64,000 bases of DNA from Oculina patagonica (lineage: Eukaryota): positions 25,420,001 to 25,484,000 of the forward strand of contig NC_135764.1 of the NCBI RefSeq assembly GCF_052425735.1, written 5' to 3'. Each line of letters begins with the position of its first letter. Position 1 is the first letter of the stretch. Below the pieces are notes generated by a model. The model was not told the origin of the DNA and did no database searches. It saw only the letters and a list, made by a program, of their open reading frames with translations. The translations under genes and the position numbers were made by a program. Below are positions 1 to 15,500 of this stretch, one piece after another.

Positions 1-273
1 GTGGAAAGTTTTGAAAACGCAGTTATCGTGTTTTCATGTGACGGTGAAAACGGTACTTTTCGAAAAAGACGACGCCACTTGCTGTCTTGCAAGCTCATTT
101 TACTGGTAAATGCGCATGCCCCGTAAGCGGTATTAGCGTTTTGGAATCGTTTTAGAGTTTTCGTGTGGACGGACGAAAACGATTCGAAAACGCTGCCTGT
201 GGACACAAATCTCTTTGAAAACGGAGGAAAAAATTCATTTTCAAACCGAAACGGATACGTGTGGAACGGGCCC
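1..273. mobile_element. Right end of a Harbinger-like non-autonomous element
   Basis: Repeated GTGGA/AAAACG motifs ending ...CGTGTGGAACGGGCCC followed by TAA; left end is outside the window. Confidence 0.45.
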
Positions 274-566
274 TAATCATGGGCTCGTATTCAAGGACAA
301 CAATTGACAATATGTTTAAGAAAAAAGTCTGTCCATTTTGTACAAAGTTGTATCTTTGCTAAAATAATTTAAAAAAAAGAAAAAAAGTTCTAAACTTTAG
401 TTTCCTTCGCAGCCGTTGTTTGGTCTCGTCACGCAACACTCCCTTCTCCACCGTTGCGTGACGACCAAAATAACGGCTGCGACATCCTATGTCTATTCCC
501 GTTTTAATGTTGACACTTAATGAGACCAGATAACTACTGTTAATTACAAAGTGATAAAGGGCTTAC

Positions 567-3500
567 CTCAACTTGTGGCATATCCACGTCATAACACAGG
601 GACGCCATTGTACAAGCCGACCGCAGGAATGCCAGACATGAGTCCTGTAAGGACCGCTCTACAGTGTGTGGAGACCATACTGACTGCGAGATCTAGACAA
701 GGAACAAAAGCCAAACATGAGTCTGATTAAAATGACTGGCTCGGACCATTTTTGGAGATGGCAGACTGGGAGCATTCGTCGCGAGCAATCTTCCCTGCGT
801 ATGCGATTTTCATGACTCACAGCTAGGCTACTCGCCACTGGAAGTTTTTAGATACAGTCAACTCTCTCTAAGACGGACACCGTCGGGACCGGCCCCAACT
901 GTCCGTCTTATAGAGGTGTCCGCCTTATAGAGAGTCTAGGTAACGTGACACCAGAAATGTTGAGACGATAAAGCTAAACGGCTATGCACAACGAATACAC
1001 GTCTGTTTTAGTCGCTTACATTAGCAAAACCTATAAAGTGGAACAAAAATAATATCAGAGATTCGATTTGTTTGTTAATAACAAACGGTGATACTGTAAG
1101 TAGAAAACTAAATCTACAAGTTAAGCAGAGAAGTAATGCGTTTTAGCGGATTGTTTTTGGTAAATTTGGTATTTTAAAGGCGCTGACCTGAATGAATGAA
1201 TGAAATACTTTATTAAAGTGTCTGAAGTATTTAGCTTAAAAAAACTAATTGTGGACACTATTTACATTATTATATATCTAAGCTATTTAAAGTTAAAATA
1301 TTTACACTTAAATTCTAAGAAGAAGAAAAACTGAAGAATCGTACTACATACATTAATAAATAAATAAATCAATAAATTACAATAGAATATAAAATTTTAT
1401 CATAAAAGTAGGTGAAAGATAAAAATTGCAGTTAAGAGTTAAAAATTAAAAATTTAAAAATGTATATCGGCTAGCTGCATATGTCACATTGACACTCATA
1501 TGTCACATTGACACTCAGTTTGTATGCTATATGTCGATAACAAGTTTTGAAGTATTATTCACGAAAAAACAAATTTTAGTGCCTGTTCGTTGGCGGTTTC
1601 AAAGTGTCCGTTGTCCGTCTTAGAGAGGTGTCCGTCTTACAGAAAGTTTTCTTACAGTAAAATGACTGAAAAACGGCAGGGACCATAACCAGGTGTCCGT
1701 CTTATGGAGGTGTCCGTCTTATAGAGGTGTCCGTTAAGAGAGAGTTGACTGTACTTCGATTTCTTCTTGCGAAACTTGTTCGTCATCTATAGAGATGAAT
1801 TTCTGTCTCAGCCCATAGAAATCTATCGGGCGGGATTCCCGTCCTAAATACATCCAAACAATAAGAAAAACACACGCAATCGTTCGACCTTCTGATTTGC
1901 CGTACACGCCTTTTCTCTTGCTTGTCGTCGGTTTAATGTTTGTGAATGGTAAAGTATGGGGTGATTGATTACTCACCCCTCCAGTATGGTGATCCTCCTT
2001 GATCAAGGTACTGTTACTGAGTATGCGACAAACATAACCAAGCAACAGATCAGCTGATAATGGGGCCTGAGAATTCTCCTAAAAATTCATGGAAAAAGTC
2101 TTAAACGTTTTTGACCTATCTCGCAGGAAGATGTTAATAGTATTTTTATTGATCAGCCATTAGAGACCCCGAGATAATGTCAACATGTAGAGGTATGAAA
2201 ATAACCCCTCTCCCAAATCCTCTGAAAATTAGGTCCTCCGTCTCTCCCCCTCCCTTGCCTGTAATGTATGTTCGAGAGTCTGAGACTTGATACTTTTTGA
2301 CGAATCCAGAGCTTGATTTGTGTTTCAATTCGTTATATTTGGGGAATTTAACAGGTAGCCTTCCTAATATATGGACTTCAGCAGCCAAATTCGTTCCAAT
2401 GATAAGCCCAATCAACTTCGAAATGTACAATTCATTCATCACCCCCAGCCCATTTCCCGAAAATATGTCACCCGAAAATAAGACTATACAAAAACTTACA
2501 AAATAAAAAAAAAATAAAAAAAAATAAGCCCAGGGCTTAGAGTACATTTGAGCTTACCAGTGAAGCTGCTTTTTTTCCCAGGTCTTGCCATGAGAGTTTC
2601 TCATCCCCAACAAACTTGCAACACGTGTCAACCAGAGTCTAAAACAAACACAAAACATAAAACTAAGGCTTTTCAGGTATGTTTTTGCAAAGCCTACCAC
2701 ACTCAAAGTACAAAGCTACCACAGGGAACCAAGCACAAAGCTTCCACAAGGTACACGCTTAAGACAACCACAGCACACCACACCCAAAGCTACTACAGGA
2801 AACTACTTTTAAAGCAACCGCAAGCCATCACGCTTAAGGCTACCACAGGCTACCACACGCAAAACTACCACAAGTGATGATTCCATGTTTTCTTGAACAT
2901 TACTCGTATCACAAAAAGGATGTAATCCTTACCTGGGTAAACACCAAGTTGAATACAAGCTGGACAAGGCACTTGAAGTCACCTAAACGACGAAAAGATA
3001 AAGCAGTAGGCAAGTGATTATCAACAACAGAAATAACACTCCGTAAAATTTAGGAAATCTCAGACGCATAAGTCCTTTTGATTATAAGCCATCCTTGCTT
3101 ATACCAGAAGGTCGTTTATTCACAGCATAAAGGGACTATGTCACGGCTAAGTGAATCTTATGTTATTAAATTTTGCCAAATATTCGCTATGAAACTAAAT
3201 GTTTGCAAAGAAATTAATTCTTTGATACTAAATGACAAAAGCATAGCTTCCTTGCAGCTAAATGTGTCTCCCGGGCGTCATAAATTTAAGTTACAAGCAG
3301 ACAAGATTATCTTTGAAAACTGTTCCGCCGGACCATATTTCAAAATCCCACATTGCAATCCGTTTCAATCTTCGACACTTTTGGCCATCCGTACCTTCTT
3401 TTGCATTTGGTGTGTTATTTAAATATTCCTTCACTGTTTTAAGAGGTTATTTTATACATTTAAACAAATTTGATGGTCATTTCCTATGCCTAATTTTGGC

Positions 3501-6500
3501 TTAAATCCGTGACACGGTCCCTTTAACATGGGTTTAACGGAAATATCTCGTTCGCGTTGCAAGGAATCCAAAAAATCTCTCATTATTTCATATATCTATG
3601 TTTAACGGTGTTTTGCAATTTCGGGGGATGCTGGAAGAAGATAGTTTTTTCGCAATGGATTAGAAAAATTTAGAGAAATAAGAAAAAAGGAAAATTTATT
3701 TTGTTTTTAAAATTAGAGTGCTCTTGCGTGGGGGTCAACTGTCTGCTGGTGTTTCAAATATTGTTTTCTTTCTTCAATCCCTTCTTCACAACTCTTAAAA
3801 TTTCATTCAAATTCAGGTATAATGCCCCCTTAAAAGACCCCTGTTATTAAGTTTGTTCGTTCATTTGTTTGTTTGGAATTTTAGCAGATGGAAGCATGAC
3901 TTCTAAGTGAAAGCATTAAACTCACGTTGTAAAAGGGCAGCCGGCCATGACAGCATCATCTGGATCAACAGTGACGGCGCGTCTCTCAAGAGGAGAGGGC
4001 ACTCCTGGAAAGTGCTTGGACCACTGCAATCAAAATAACAACAGAACGTAATCTGCCGCTCGCATTTGTCAGCACAACTAAGCTTACAAGTAAGCAAGAG
4101 TCTCACTTGCACTTGTTTTCGGCTAGAGGAAAACCGTGACAAATATTTTCTAAATTCGCCTGGGCGGCTAACGTACATTAAGTTATTAATTACAATTAGG
4201 AAAGTAAACACTTGGGTATTACAGAAGGCCCGGTGGCTAACAGTTGGCGTGTTAGACTCAAGCGAATCATGTTCCGAGCGCTGTTCGGAATCATTGTGTT
4301 GTCTTCTTGGGTAAGATTATTCTTCAGAGAACTATTTACAATAAGAGTAACCTGACAAATGGGGAAGGAGGGGGGGGGGGGGGGTATAGCATCCACTTCA
4401 GGGAGGAGTAGTAATATTCCTAGTTGCTTCATATATCAGGTAAGCTCCGGCAGTGAGAACACTTAGGCCCCAACACTTCACATGACAAACTAAAGTTGGC
4501 AAACTCATGTTGGCAAACTCAACTTGGTGTGTGTGAACGACACAACAGTTGGCAAAAAATGGGGCAAATTGTTGGTGAGAATAGAGACAAGTTCTATTTT
4601 GTTGCCAACAGTTGGCCAACTTGTTGCGTCGTTCACACACACCAACTCGAGTTTGACAACACGAGTTGGCCAATAGTTTGTCGTGTGAAGGCCGCTTTAA
4701 AGATGTAGCAACTGAATTTTAATCATACCTGGGTGATGTTGGTGATGACTCTCTGAGGTCATCAGTGCCAGTCAGATCTGACCACACGGACAATAAAGGA
4801 CCCACTAGCGTCTGGGAATGAAACTGGAATGCTCGCAACAGTGGACCTAACAATGCAAATAACAGACGCATTGACGTGTTGACAACTCATGTTATTAATG
4901 ACTTGTTCAGCTGAGGGTTTGTCAGGTAGTTTAAGAGGCTTGAGGACGTTAAAGGAGTTACCGCACAAGGGGGCTTATTATAGAGGTGAGAGGGGGGGGG
5001 GGATTTCAAACAATATATTAGTTAGGGTACATATATACAAAAAATGGATTTTTTTTAAATAATAAAATGTTTTATTGCTGTCTAGTAACATATTTCCCCA
5101 AGTAAACAGTAAATATCGTGGATGAACAACTTTAAAAGCGTCAAGTGTCCTTGTTTTCTTGCCTATAAATCGTTATAACCTACCATCTTGGCAAGATAAT
5201 TTTGTAGTACAGTCAACTCTCGTTATAGCGGACACGCTTGGGGCCTCGTTTCGTGTCCGTTATAGCGAGAGTCCGTAATAGCGGGAGTCATTTCCAGTCA
5301 AACCTTGTTCGTTGGGGATCTGGATTTTGTCCGTAATAGCGAGTGTCCGCAATAGCGGGGTGTCCGCAAGGCGAGAGTTGACTGTACAACGAAAAAAAGT
5401 GGCTTGTTTATCCTGACGTATCTCCTTTAAGCACTTAGGAGACTCAAGAGCAAGGTCCATACAATGCAACCAACTCACCAAAACATGATTTTCTTGGACT
5501 TGAGAGTTTCCTTGCAGCTTTGTCTACTTGTTCAAGTTCTAAATTCGTCCTACAATGTATTAAAAATAAAGCATGAAAAACACGATCCTTAAGACAGAGT
5601 ACTGCAGTAACATATATAGCAAACGCGAAAGGATGACTATGCAGTGGTGGATTACATACACGAGACTGTTTGCGCTTAACATAACAGTAAACTACTTTTC
5701 TAAAAGACAAGTAACAAAATGTTGTTACTTAGTCTCTATAGGTATAAGATTGCAAGGCGCCCTCACACTAAAGTGAAATAGTTGACTAGAAATACCACAC
5801 TCTCAAAACCACACAAAGGTGGATGTTGACGCATTTTAGTTAGGAAGGGGGAGGGATGGGGGAGGTAAGTTCTAAGTTCTGCTGAATAGAATATTTTTCT
5901 GTCGTTGATGGCACTGTGTGTTAAGTCGAGGGAACTTGTACCATTAGAGAATGAAATTTCGCCCCCGAGAGTTAACAGAGCCCACGGGTTTTGGTCAGCG
6001 CAGTTGCTGAGCAACATGACGTATGCGTCACGCTTGCGTGACAATTTCCGGAGTGGTTGCACTGTTTTGATCGTCTTATAAGAACCAGAACTCTTGGAGT
6101 ACTAGAATGATTGTTCAGTTCTTTAAGTAGAATTTATATTCGTGACGCTTTTCTTCATGATCGAGTAGTGGCTTACATACCTGGCCATTCTGTAAAGCAG
6201 GCTGAATTTCTTCTCAGCTGAGCATCTGTGACTTTCTCCATCCAGTTCAGAGACTGATTCAACTACAGCCTTGATAGCTGCACCGAGCACATTGAAGTTG
6301 AGCGCACTGGCTGTCAGTTTAGTGATGGTCTGTTGAATAATAAGACAAACAGTCGGAAGGTTTTATTGCTATTCGTTACTTGCAGTATTGCTGCGTAAAG
6401 AATGTCTACCTGTACTGCATACAGCTACAACTCGGTTGGTTTGTCTGTGCTGCAGAGCGAATGTTACGCTTCTGCTACTCAATGCTCGGTAAACCTGTGC

Positions 6501-9500
6501 TACATAAACTCTGTACCGTGTCTAGCTTGGAATGCCTGCCTGCGCCCTACATAAAGCTCAGTATGACTGTGCTATAAAAAAAAAATTGGTATGACTTTGG
6601 TGCGAACTGTTCTTCCAAGAATTGTAGGCCAAACGCCAAGGCAAGAAAAGTTTTGTCTTTTTAAGACTACATGATATTCTACTGAACAGAAAATTCAGTT
6701 TTTCGACACGGAATCTCATTATGATAAAAAAAAAATTATCCTCTTTCTTACAAAGTGTGCTTCACACATGCACAATAAAATAATATGTACCTGATATAAG
6801 GGAACAACTACTGCAAGAATTATTAAGTTACAAGGGCAGTATTTGCGGATGAGGTAAGCTAAGCAAACTTCGTACGATTGAAGGTACATACATGAAGTTT
6901 GAATTTCCTCAGGACTGCATGAAGATCGCTTGTTTGTTCTTTGTGGCTTTTCAACGTATTCTGTGTAATTCGTAATGAGACACAATCAGTAAACTTATGG
7001 TCTTTATAGATCATTTTGCTGAACATTGAAACAAGATTGTTAGTTATTGCATTATGCCACAATTTTAAATGTGCACGCAAATAAAAGGTCGCCGTTAGTC
7101 ATTTCAGTGCGACAGTGTGTTCAAACAAAAGCAACTGAGCGATAATTTCCCGTGGTACTGTTTATTTTGCTGTGCAAGATGATTCTAACTTTTATGACTG
7201 CAGAAAAATCCTAGTGTGTGACCATTCAAATGAAAGCTATCGAGCAGTACTTTCATGTAGTACTGCAGCTGTACTGTTGCAGGTGGTGGTTCTAACTTTT
7301 AAGTCTACGGATTTAAAACCCTAGTGTGTGACTACTCAAAAGAAAGCTATTGCGCAGTACCAAACACTAGTGTGTGACCATTCAAACGAAAGCTATTGAG
7401 CAGTACTTTCATGTGGTACTGTTTATTACGCTGTAGAAGGTGGTTTTAACTTTTAAGTCTGTGGATGAAACCCTAGTGTGTAACCATATAAATGAAAGCT
7501 ATTAAGCAGTACTTTCATCGGGTGATCTTCAGCGATCTTTGGGAGAGTATCTGAAATATTTGGTCATCTCTAGATGACGTTCGAAAATCTTCCAAAGTCC
7601 TCAAGTGATCTTCGGAAATTGTGGGAAATCTTGGAGCCACTCTAAAAACGGTCTTTAGCTCTATATTGGAGTCTCCGTTTTTTATTGGGTAATCTTTGGG
7701 ATAAGTTTAACCTCACCGAACAAAATTAACAAAAAAAACCCTAGTGTGTGACCATTCAAATGAAAGCTATCGAGCAGTACTTTCATGTAGTACTGCAGCT
7801 GTACTGTTGCAGGTGGTGGTTCTAACTTTTAAGTCTACGGATTTAAAACCCTAGTGTGTGACTACTCAAAAGAAAGCTATTTCGCAGTACCAAACCCTAG
7901 TGTGTGACCATTCAACTAAAGCTATTGAGCAGTACTTTCAACTGGTACTGTTTATTACGCTATAAAAGGTGGTTTTAACTTTTAAGTCTGTGTATGAAAC
8001 CCTAGTGTGTAACCATATAAATGAAAGCTATTAAGCAGTACTTTCATCGGGTGATCTTCAGCGATCTTTGGGAGAGTATCTGAAATATTTGGTCATCTCT
8101 AGATGACGTTCGAAAATCTTCCAAAGTCCTCAAGTGATCTTCGGAAATTGTGGGAAATCTTGGAGCCACTCTAAAAACGGTCTTTAGCTCTATATTGGAG
8201 TCTCCGTTTTTTATTGGGTAATCTTTGGGATAAGTTTAACCTCACCGAACAAAATTAACAAAAAAAAACCCTAGTGTGTGACCATTCAAATGAAAGCTAT
8301 CGAGCAGTACTTTCATGTAGTACTGCAGCTGTACTGTTGCAGGTGGTGGTTCTAACTTTTAAGTCTACGGATTTAAAACCCTAGTGTGTGACTACTCAAA
8401 AGAAAGCTATTTCGCAGTACCAAACCCTAGTGTGTGACCATTCAACTAAAGCTATTGAGCAGTACTTTCAACTGGTACTGTTTATTACGCTATAAAAGGT
8501 GGTTTTAACTTTTAAGTCTGTGTATGAAACCCTAGTGTGTAACCATATTAAATGAAAGCTATTAAGCAGTACTTTCATGTGGTGTTATTATTTTTTTTAC
8601 AGTTTTAGCAGCCCCATTTTATCACGTTATTCTTCGCCTTCAGAAAGAAAACCATTTTACAGTCATCAAACCGACAGAACACAATATAATACTGACCTTT
8701 GATGCTGTTTTATTAGCTGGGATAATCTGCGTGGGCACAATGGGCAGCACACAATTCCCAAGTTGTCGACACAAGGGGCAAGTGAATTCTCCTTTCCTTG
8801 GATTGTACGGATGCATCTGATGCGGAAGTTGATGAAGCAGGTTTGCATCTTCTTCCTGCAAGAGATTCGCAGTTATTGTCAAGGGAACGTAAGACCCCCA
8901 CTATCCACTACTGATCAGCGCGAAAAAAAATTACAGTTGAATCCCGATAACTCGAACCCTCAGTAACTCGAACTCCAGCTAACTCAAACCTTTTTCGATT
9001 CTCCTTCAGGTCCTTTTCTTACTAATTTTACCCTTGATAACTCCAACTCCCGATATCTCGAACCTTTTTCGACTTCCCTTGAAGGTTCGAGTTATCGGGA
9101 TTCGACTGTATTTTCTCAAACGCATTAAATTTTCGTATTTCTATTTGGGGTTGAACGCTCGTTCAACATATTTAGCTAGAGCTGGTTCCTAAGCCAAGTG
9201 ATACACCAAACACATCTGGATAACCGCGAGAGTTTTGAGTAAAATATAAATTCATTTTCACTAGGCGTTGCCCTTGGCGTCGCCGTCGTCATTGCCTAAG
9301 CTCTCCAATACTCCACTGTGCATTGTATTTTCAACTCTTTCCTCGGTGCCCGGAAATGTGGCGAAACACTCTCTCTCTGTTTGACATATTACTTAAGCAT
9401 GTTTTCCAACTGTTACAAGGTCGAAGCCTCTCAACAAACATGTCTTATTTTTACAGACTGCCAATAAATATAGCTTGTTTTTAACCACCTTTTTTATCAT

Positions 9501-12500
9501 CAAGCCAGTGTCAAAACCACTGTATGCATTATTTTTTAGGAAACAAGAAGTTGAAGAATACCTGAAGAGATTTGAGGTACGTTTGCTGACAGTCTACATG
9601 AAGGTGATGGCCGCAAGTTTGAACATGAACTCCACCTTCCGTGCCACTTGCAGATGCATCCAGACTTGGAATCTACGTGAATAAAAGTTAATAACATATA
9701 CCAACTATGAAACAGGGAATGTGATTGGTTGAAAAGCTCTGTTATTCAAGGTTGTGGTTTAGGTACAGTGGAAAACACCCCACCTGACTTAATGACGTGA
9801 AATTGTTTAGGAGACGAAAGAGTTGATTCCAGGAATCGATAAAGGGAGAACTTTTTATGTCCTTGCTACTCATATTACGAAATGACAATTTGAATAAGAC
9901 AAACTCACAGCAAATGTCAATTGCGACTTAAAGGGGCTATGTCACGCAATTTTAGGCAATTTCAGCACTGACCAACTGGTCATAGAATCAACTGAAATAT
10001 CACAATAACGGCTTAAAACTGTAGAAGAACTCAAAAGAAACACAGAAAGGCCAAAAAGCGGCATGGATGGGCAAAATTCGAGAAGGTTAAAACAGATTGC
10101 GTTCGGGTAAGGGACGGACCATTAGAAATAACCGGAGGGGGGTAAAAAATTTTCGGTGCAGGAATTTTTTTTTTGAAGGCCTACTTGTCTGCAGGAATTT
10201 TTTTTCTGGGGCACAAGCTTTGCACGAATTTTTTTTTTCGCCCAAAGCACAGGCGGCCCAAGCTCACGATGTGAAGAGTTGAAATAATACTCTTTTGAAA
10301 TAGGCGAAACGTGACTCTCGCCTGGTGGCATATGGAGGTGTTGTGTTACAACGATTCGTATTTATAAAGGTTTGTATGGGAGAAAACGCTTTCGAATTTA
10401 TAGCTAAATATAATGATATTTTGACAATAATATCAACTTCCCTCGATGTCTTGTTGTTATATCTGTTGTTATCTCGCTTCTCAGGCCGATCCGAAGCGTT
10501 TTAAGCGAGTTATGCCATTTCGGGTTTCCACTGCTAAGAAGAAGTACATGGTAGCATGTTTCGAAAACTGTGAAAAGAGTATTATTTCAACTCTTCACAT
10601 CGTGAGCTTGGGCCGCCTGTGCCCAAAGATACAGGTCTTTTTTTGTAACGCAACTATGATTTGCGTAACAATTATCATTATTAAATAGCATTATTGTTTC
10701 ATTTTTCAATTAAGCGACATTTAGGGACCGTTCATGTTTTATGGGGTAGGGGGGCTGAAGGGATTTGATAGATAGTGCCTGTTAAATATAATCCCCCCCT
10801 CCTTATTAGAAATTTTTACCCTGGTCCCTCAACAAAAAAGATGGAAAAGATGACAGCTAAAACTTATCAAGCTAAACTTTGGAATATCAGACAAAATTGC
10901 AGTTTAAAGTAATAATAATAATACTGTTTGTGCTTTTGATTAACTGTTTACTGATGCGACGCTATTGTTAGTGTGGGTCAGGTGTGTTTGCAACCAAATA
11001 GTTGATAGGATTCAGCTGATGCTGTTCTCTCGGTACATGACAAATTAGAGGGGTCCGGGGGCATGCTCCCCCGGGAAAATTTTAATTTTCAGAACCTCAG
11101 AAACACTATTTTAGCTATTCTGATGGACGTTTATAGATGCCATCATACAACACTTACAGGTAATTCCGTTGCACGAATTTTTTTTTTTCAGGCACAACCG
11201 CTTGCAGGATTTTTTTTTTCGACAAGTTTCCCTTGCAGGAATTTTTTTTTTGGTAAAAGTCACCCCCCCTCCGGTTATTTCTAATGGTCCGTCCCTAAAC
11301 TTGAAAAACGTTGTTTTCCCGCGCTTCGCACCGGTTGCATGTTTTCCCGCGCTTTTTACTGGTTGCATATTTTCCCGCGCATTGCACCGGTTGCACGTTT
11401 TCCCGCGCATAGAACGAGTTGCATATTTCTGCTTCTATTTCTGATTGATTGACGTTCGTAGTGATTGACCAGACATGATTAATTGATTTTTGGTTTAGAA
11501 AAACCAATCTAAGGGTGAATCGTACCAAGTCAAAGCGTCTCCTCAAGTCTTCAAATCTGTTCCTGAACGTTGTTTCACAGTTGATAACACGAGCCTCTTC
11601 TTCTTCACGGCTTAGCGGAAGCTGATTGTGTCTTACATGAAGTGCCCTGTGTTTCAGCACTGTTGTAAAAGAAGAAATAGGATAACACGGTTAAAATGGC
11701 TGGTTACTTCTGTGCTAATGCTGTGAGAATTGGATTGAATATAAAATAAGTTTTTCCTTGGCAATGAAATTTCTTATTCTCAGAAAATGTATGCCTGGTT
11801 TTAAGCAAATATCTTAAAGAGAAATCAGGCAATCACATGGGCCTAGTAAAATTAACCAAACTCATGTCTATTGAAATTTAAAGAAATCGAAGTAACAAGG
11901 GTAAATTGCAATTTAAAAAAAAACACAAAAATATATATAATCCTGAACTTTATGATGTAAAATTAGTGTGTTCAAGACATCGGGTGATCTTCAGCGATCT
12001 TCGGGAGAGTATCTGAAATATTTGGTTATCTCTAGATGACGTTCGAAAATTTTTCAAAGTCCTCAAGTGATCTTCGAAAATTGTCGGCAATCTTGGAGCC
12101 ACTCTAAAAACGGTCTTTAGCTCTATATTGGAGTCTCCGTTTTTTCTTGGGTAATCTTTGGGATTAGTTTGACCTCACCGAACAAAATTAACAAAGATAT
12201 GTCCTCTGTCTTAGCCAACTAGAATACATCTTTTATTCGGTTATAAAAACAATAAGCTACTTTACCTGCACTAGGTTGTAGCAGAGCTACGAGCCCAATT
12301 GGCCTTCCCTCTGTTGATGTCGACGTTTGTCCACAAATAACACAGTCAAACAATTCTTCAGTCGTTTCGCTTGTGCCGTCTATAGCCATATTCTCCAGGG
12401 CATCTGAGAAATCATTGGCAAGACACAGTGTTATTTCAAAGGGCATTTGGGTAATTCTGTTTATTTTCGTTAGTTATGAGCTCTAAGCTTCAAATCGGCA

Positions 12501-15500
12501 GCGCAACTTAGTCTTTTCTTGACAAAATCCTGGCCACGTTTCCAAACAAGGATGAATTTCGTACACTATGAACGACATTTTAATACAAACTGAGAAAAAC
12601 TTGAGTAGCAACTTTAGTACCTGGATCTTTCTTCAAGGTTTTCTCCATGAAACTCTTCTGCTTGGATGCAAATTCGGCTAAGAGTTTTTGCTGGCGTTCC
12701 CTGGCAAGCTGCCGTCTGCAAGTAAAACAAAACACCAAAATGACTCAATTAAAAAGCAAACCTATTAATGTACATCTTGTATATCCTTGAGTGACATTAA
12801 GAGGCCATTAACTGTTGGAAGAAATTTTGGTTTCAAAAACGGTTAGGCTAATATTAAGAAGGTATTTTGTATCTAAAACATATTAGATGCGAAAAGGCTT
12901 TCAACACACTGCAACGGGAGGAAGCCATTTTTTGGAGGTTTTTGCATCCATGTTTTGGGGAAAGGAGCTTATTGACGTAGAGGGGAGGTGTTTTGGATGT
13001 TTACGGCATCTAAATGACTGTCATAAATAAATCTGAAACCAAAGTAAGCTCTGCCTAATATTCTGAGAAAAAGAGCTACTAATACAGCTGTTACCTGCGC
13101 ATAGTCCTGGCCACAGAATCGTCATCACCATCTGGAGAGGAGGGACTGGTACTAGTCTGAGCAGGTGCTGGTTGGAGCTTGCGCATTGCTGTGGCATTCT
13201 CGGAACTGGATTTACTAATCACATCTAACAGGTCTGACAGGTACTGAACTTCATCACCATACGCTGGATTCCTATTGGAATCAAGTTGAAGGATTAAAAA
13301 AATAACTTTTTTCAACGAACTGATAAGTAAGCTACATTGTTAGAGTGGGGTGGAGTAAATTTAGACTTTGCATTGCGTCGTTTTGCGTGTACCAGGTGAA
13401 TGTCACGTTCAAGATACGAGGTAATAATGCGACAAGTTAGCTCATTTGGTTCACCGTTAAGTGCCTGCTTGGAACGTTGGAGGTCGCATGTTTAACTTTT
13501 GATCATGCTGGCCGTGTATTAAGTAAATGTAACTTGTTCTTGATTAGATTACTGCATCCTTCGACAGGAACGCTAAGCCCTTTGCTTTGTCGCCTATCAC
13601 CTTTATTATGGAATAAAAATTTGTAGAGACAACCTGTTCGAAAGGAGTAGGATAAGCGGTTTCATTCAGAATACCGATCGCATCCTGTGAATTGCCATGA
13701 TGCTAATAATGATGTGAAAATAATAAACCATTAAGAGAGAAGGGTTAAAGTTGCAATAATCTTTCTAACTCAATTGTAAATTTTAAATTTTTATATTTTT
13801 AATCTTAGTTAGACAATATTGTAATTCGTAGTTATTCTTAATTATAGCCTAATTTATTTTTATACACTTTCAAGAAGTTTGTATTTTTCTATTCTGTATT
13901 TTTATTTCGTGGTGCACCTGAAAACTAGCTTTTTAGCTAAGTGTTGCGGACCACGTTAAATAAAGATTGGATTGTATTGTATAGTATTGTTAAAATGTAC
14001 ATGTAGGTGGGGTGACCTCAACCTTGTATATCTTCTGTGCTGTTGCAAAACATCTTTTACCCACCTTCCAGGTGACGATGTAGTGGAACTGGTCATGACT
14101 GACATAAGCTTTACTAACAAGCTCAAAATACTCTGGTTGATTCCTTCTACAGGGCACGCACTTGAGCCTTCCGACTTGTCCGGGGATTCATGCGAGCCTC
14201 CAGATGACGTCATCGAACAAGAGCTTGTTTCCATGGCAACATCACCAACAGCCTGCTCCAAGTCAGGAATAGCCTCTTCTTTGTCTAAGTGCAGATTGAG
14301 GGCCATTTCTAGATTTCCTCTGCAAGCCCTCAAGAGGTTTATTGTAGCAGCTAATTAAAAAAATAGGCGTCATAAGACTGGTCTAAACATACCTTATTAC
14401 ATGAAATTTTCGCGACACGTTAATTTTGCGAGTTTCGCGATTCTAAAAAAATCGCAAAATTAAGGTGACGCGAACAAAAAGTGTCGCGAACATACCATGA
14501 CGCGAAAATGAAGTAACTCACATTTTGCCGATTATCAAGAAAGAATGAGTTAAGTACCACTGAAGGAAGCAATTTTCAGTGTATATTGATGTTGTGGTCA
14601 ATTGACTCAAGAACAATTATTCACGAACAAGCATGAACTGCTTGTGGACATTGTGAAAACTGCTCTGTTGTTACTGTTGACATTTAGTCCCACTGTTGCA
14701 TTTTTGTTAATTTTTACGTTAGTATTCCTTTGACAAAGTCGTTTTATTAAATTCAATGACATGTTTAAATATATTGCCAAGGAAATATAAATTGTGTCTT
14801 CCTCAAAAACGCGTAATTAAAGTGATTCAAAATACAACATTTTCGCAAAATCGCGAAATTTAAGTGTCGCGAAATATGCGCACCTCAAAATCGCGAAATT
14901 TACGTGTCGCCAAAAATTTCATGTAATAAGGTAATTTGCTTTTCACGTCCATAATATAATGTTAGCTTACAGGGTTGTTACTCATTTGAGCTTTTGAAAT
15001 TCCATGACTTCCCATGACCTTTTCCATGACTTTCAAAGTTTTCCATGACCTAAATTATCAAAAATTATCTTGATTTCGTATACGTTTTTATCCTTTTCTT
15101 CACCAAAAGTAATCGGCCTAATTTATTTTGTACAATCAATACCATTTTCCTTGACTTTCCATGACCCACGCTTACATTTCATAACTTTCCAGGCCTAGCC
15201 TGGAATTGAAATTCTCAAATGACATATTTGTACGAGTAATTGCCTTCGGAGTACTCGTGAGCGCTCGCGCTAGTTTTTGATTGGATGAAATAATTCGAAA
15301 AATTCTTCGAGTGCTTTAACGAAGATTTGCCGAAACCGGCACTTATTCCCCCGACTGATCAAAGGGAAATGGGTTATTCCGAGTTGGTGCTAACCATATC
15401 CAAGGAAAATCAAAGGAAAACACAGCAAAGTACCTCAATCAACAAATCATGCATGGACAACCACGAATTCACGAAGCCCGACTTTTTCAAGGATAAAGTG

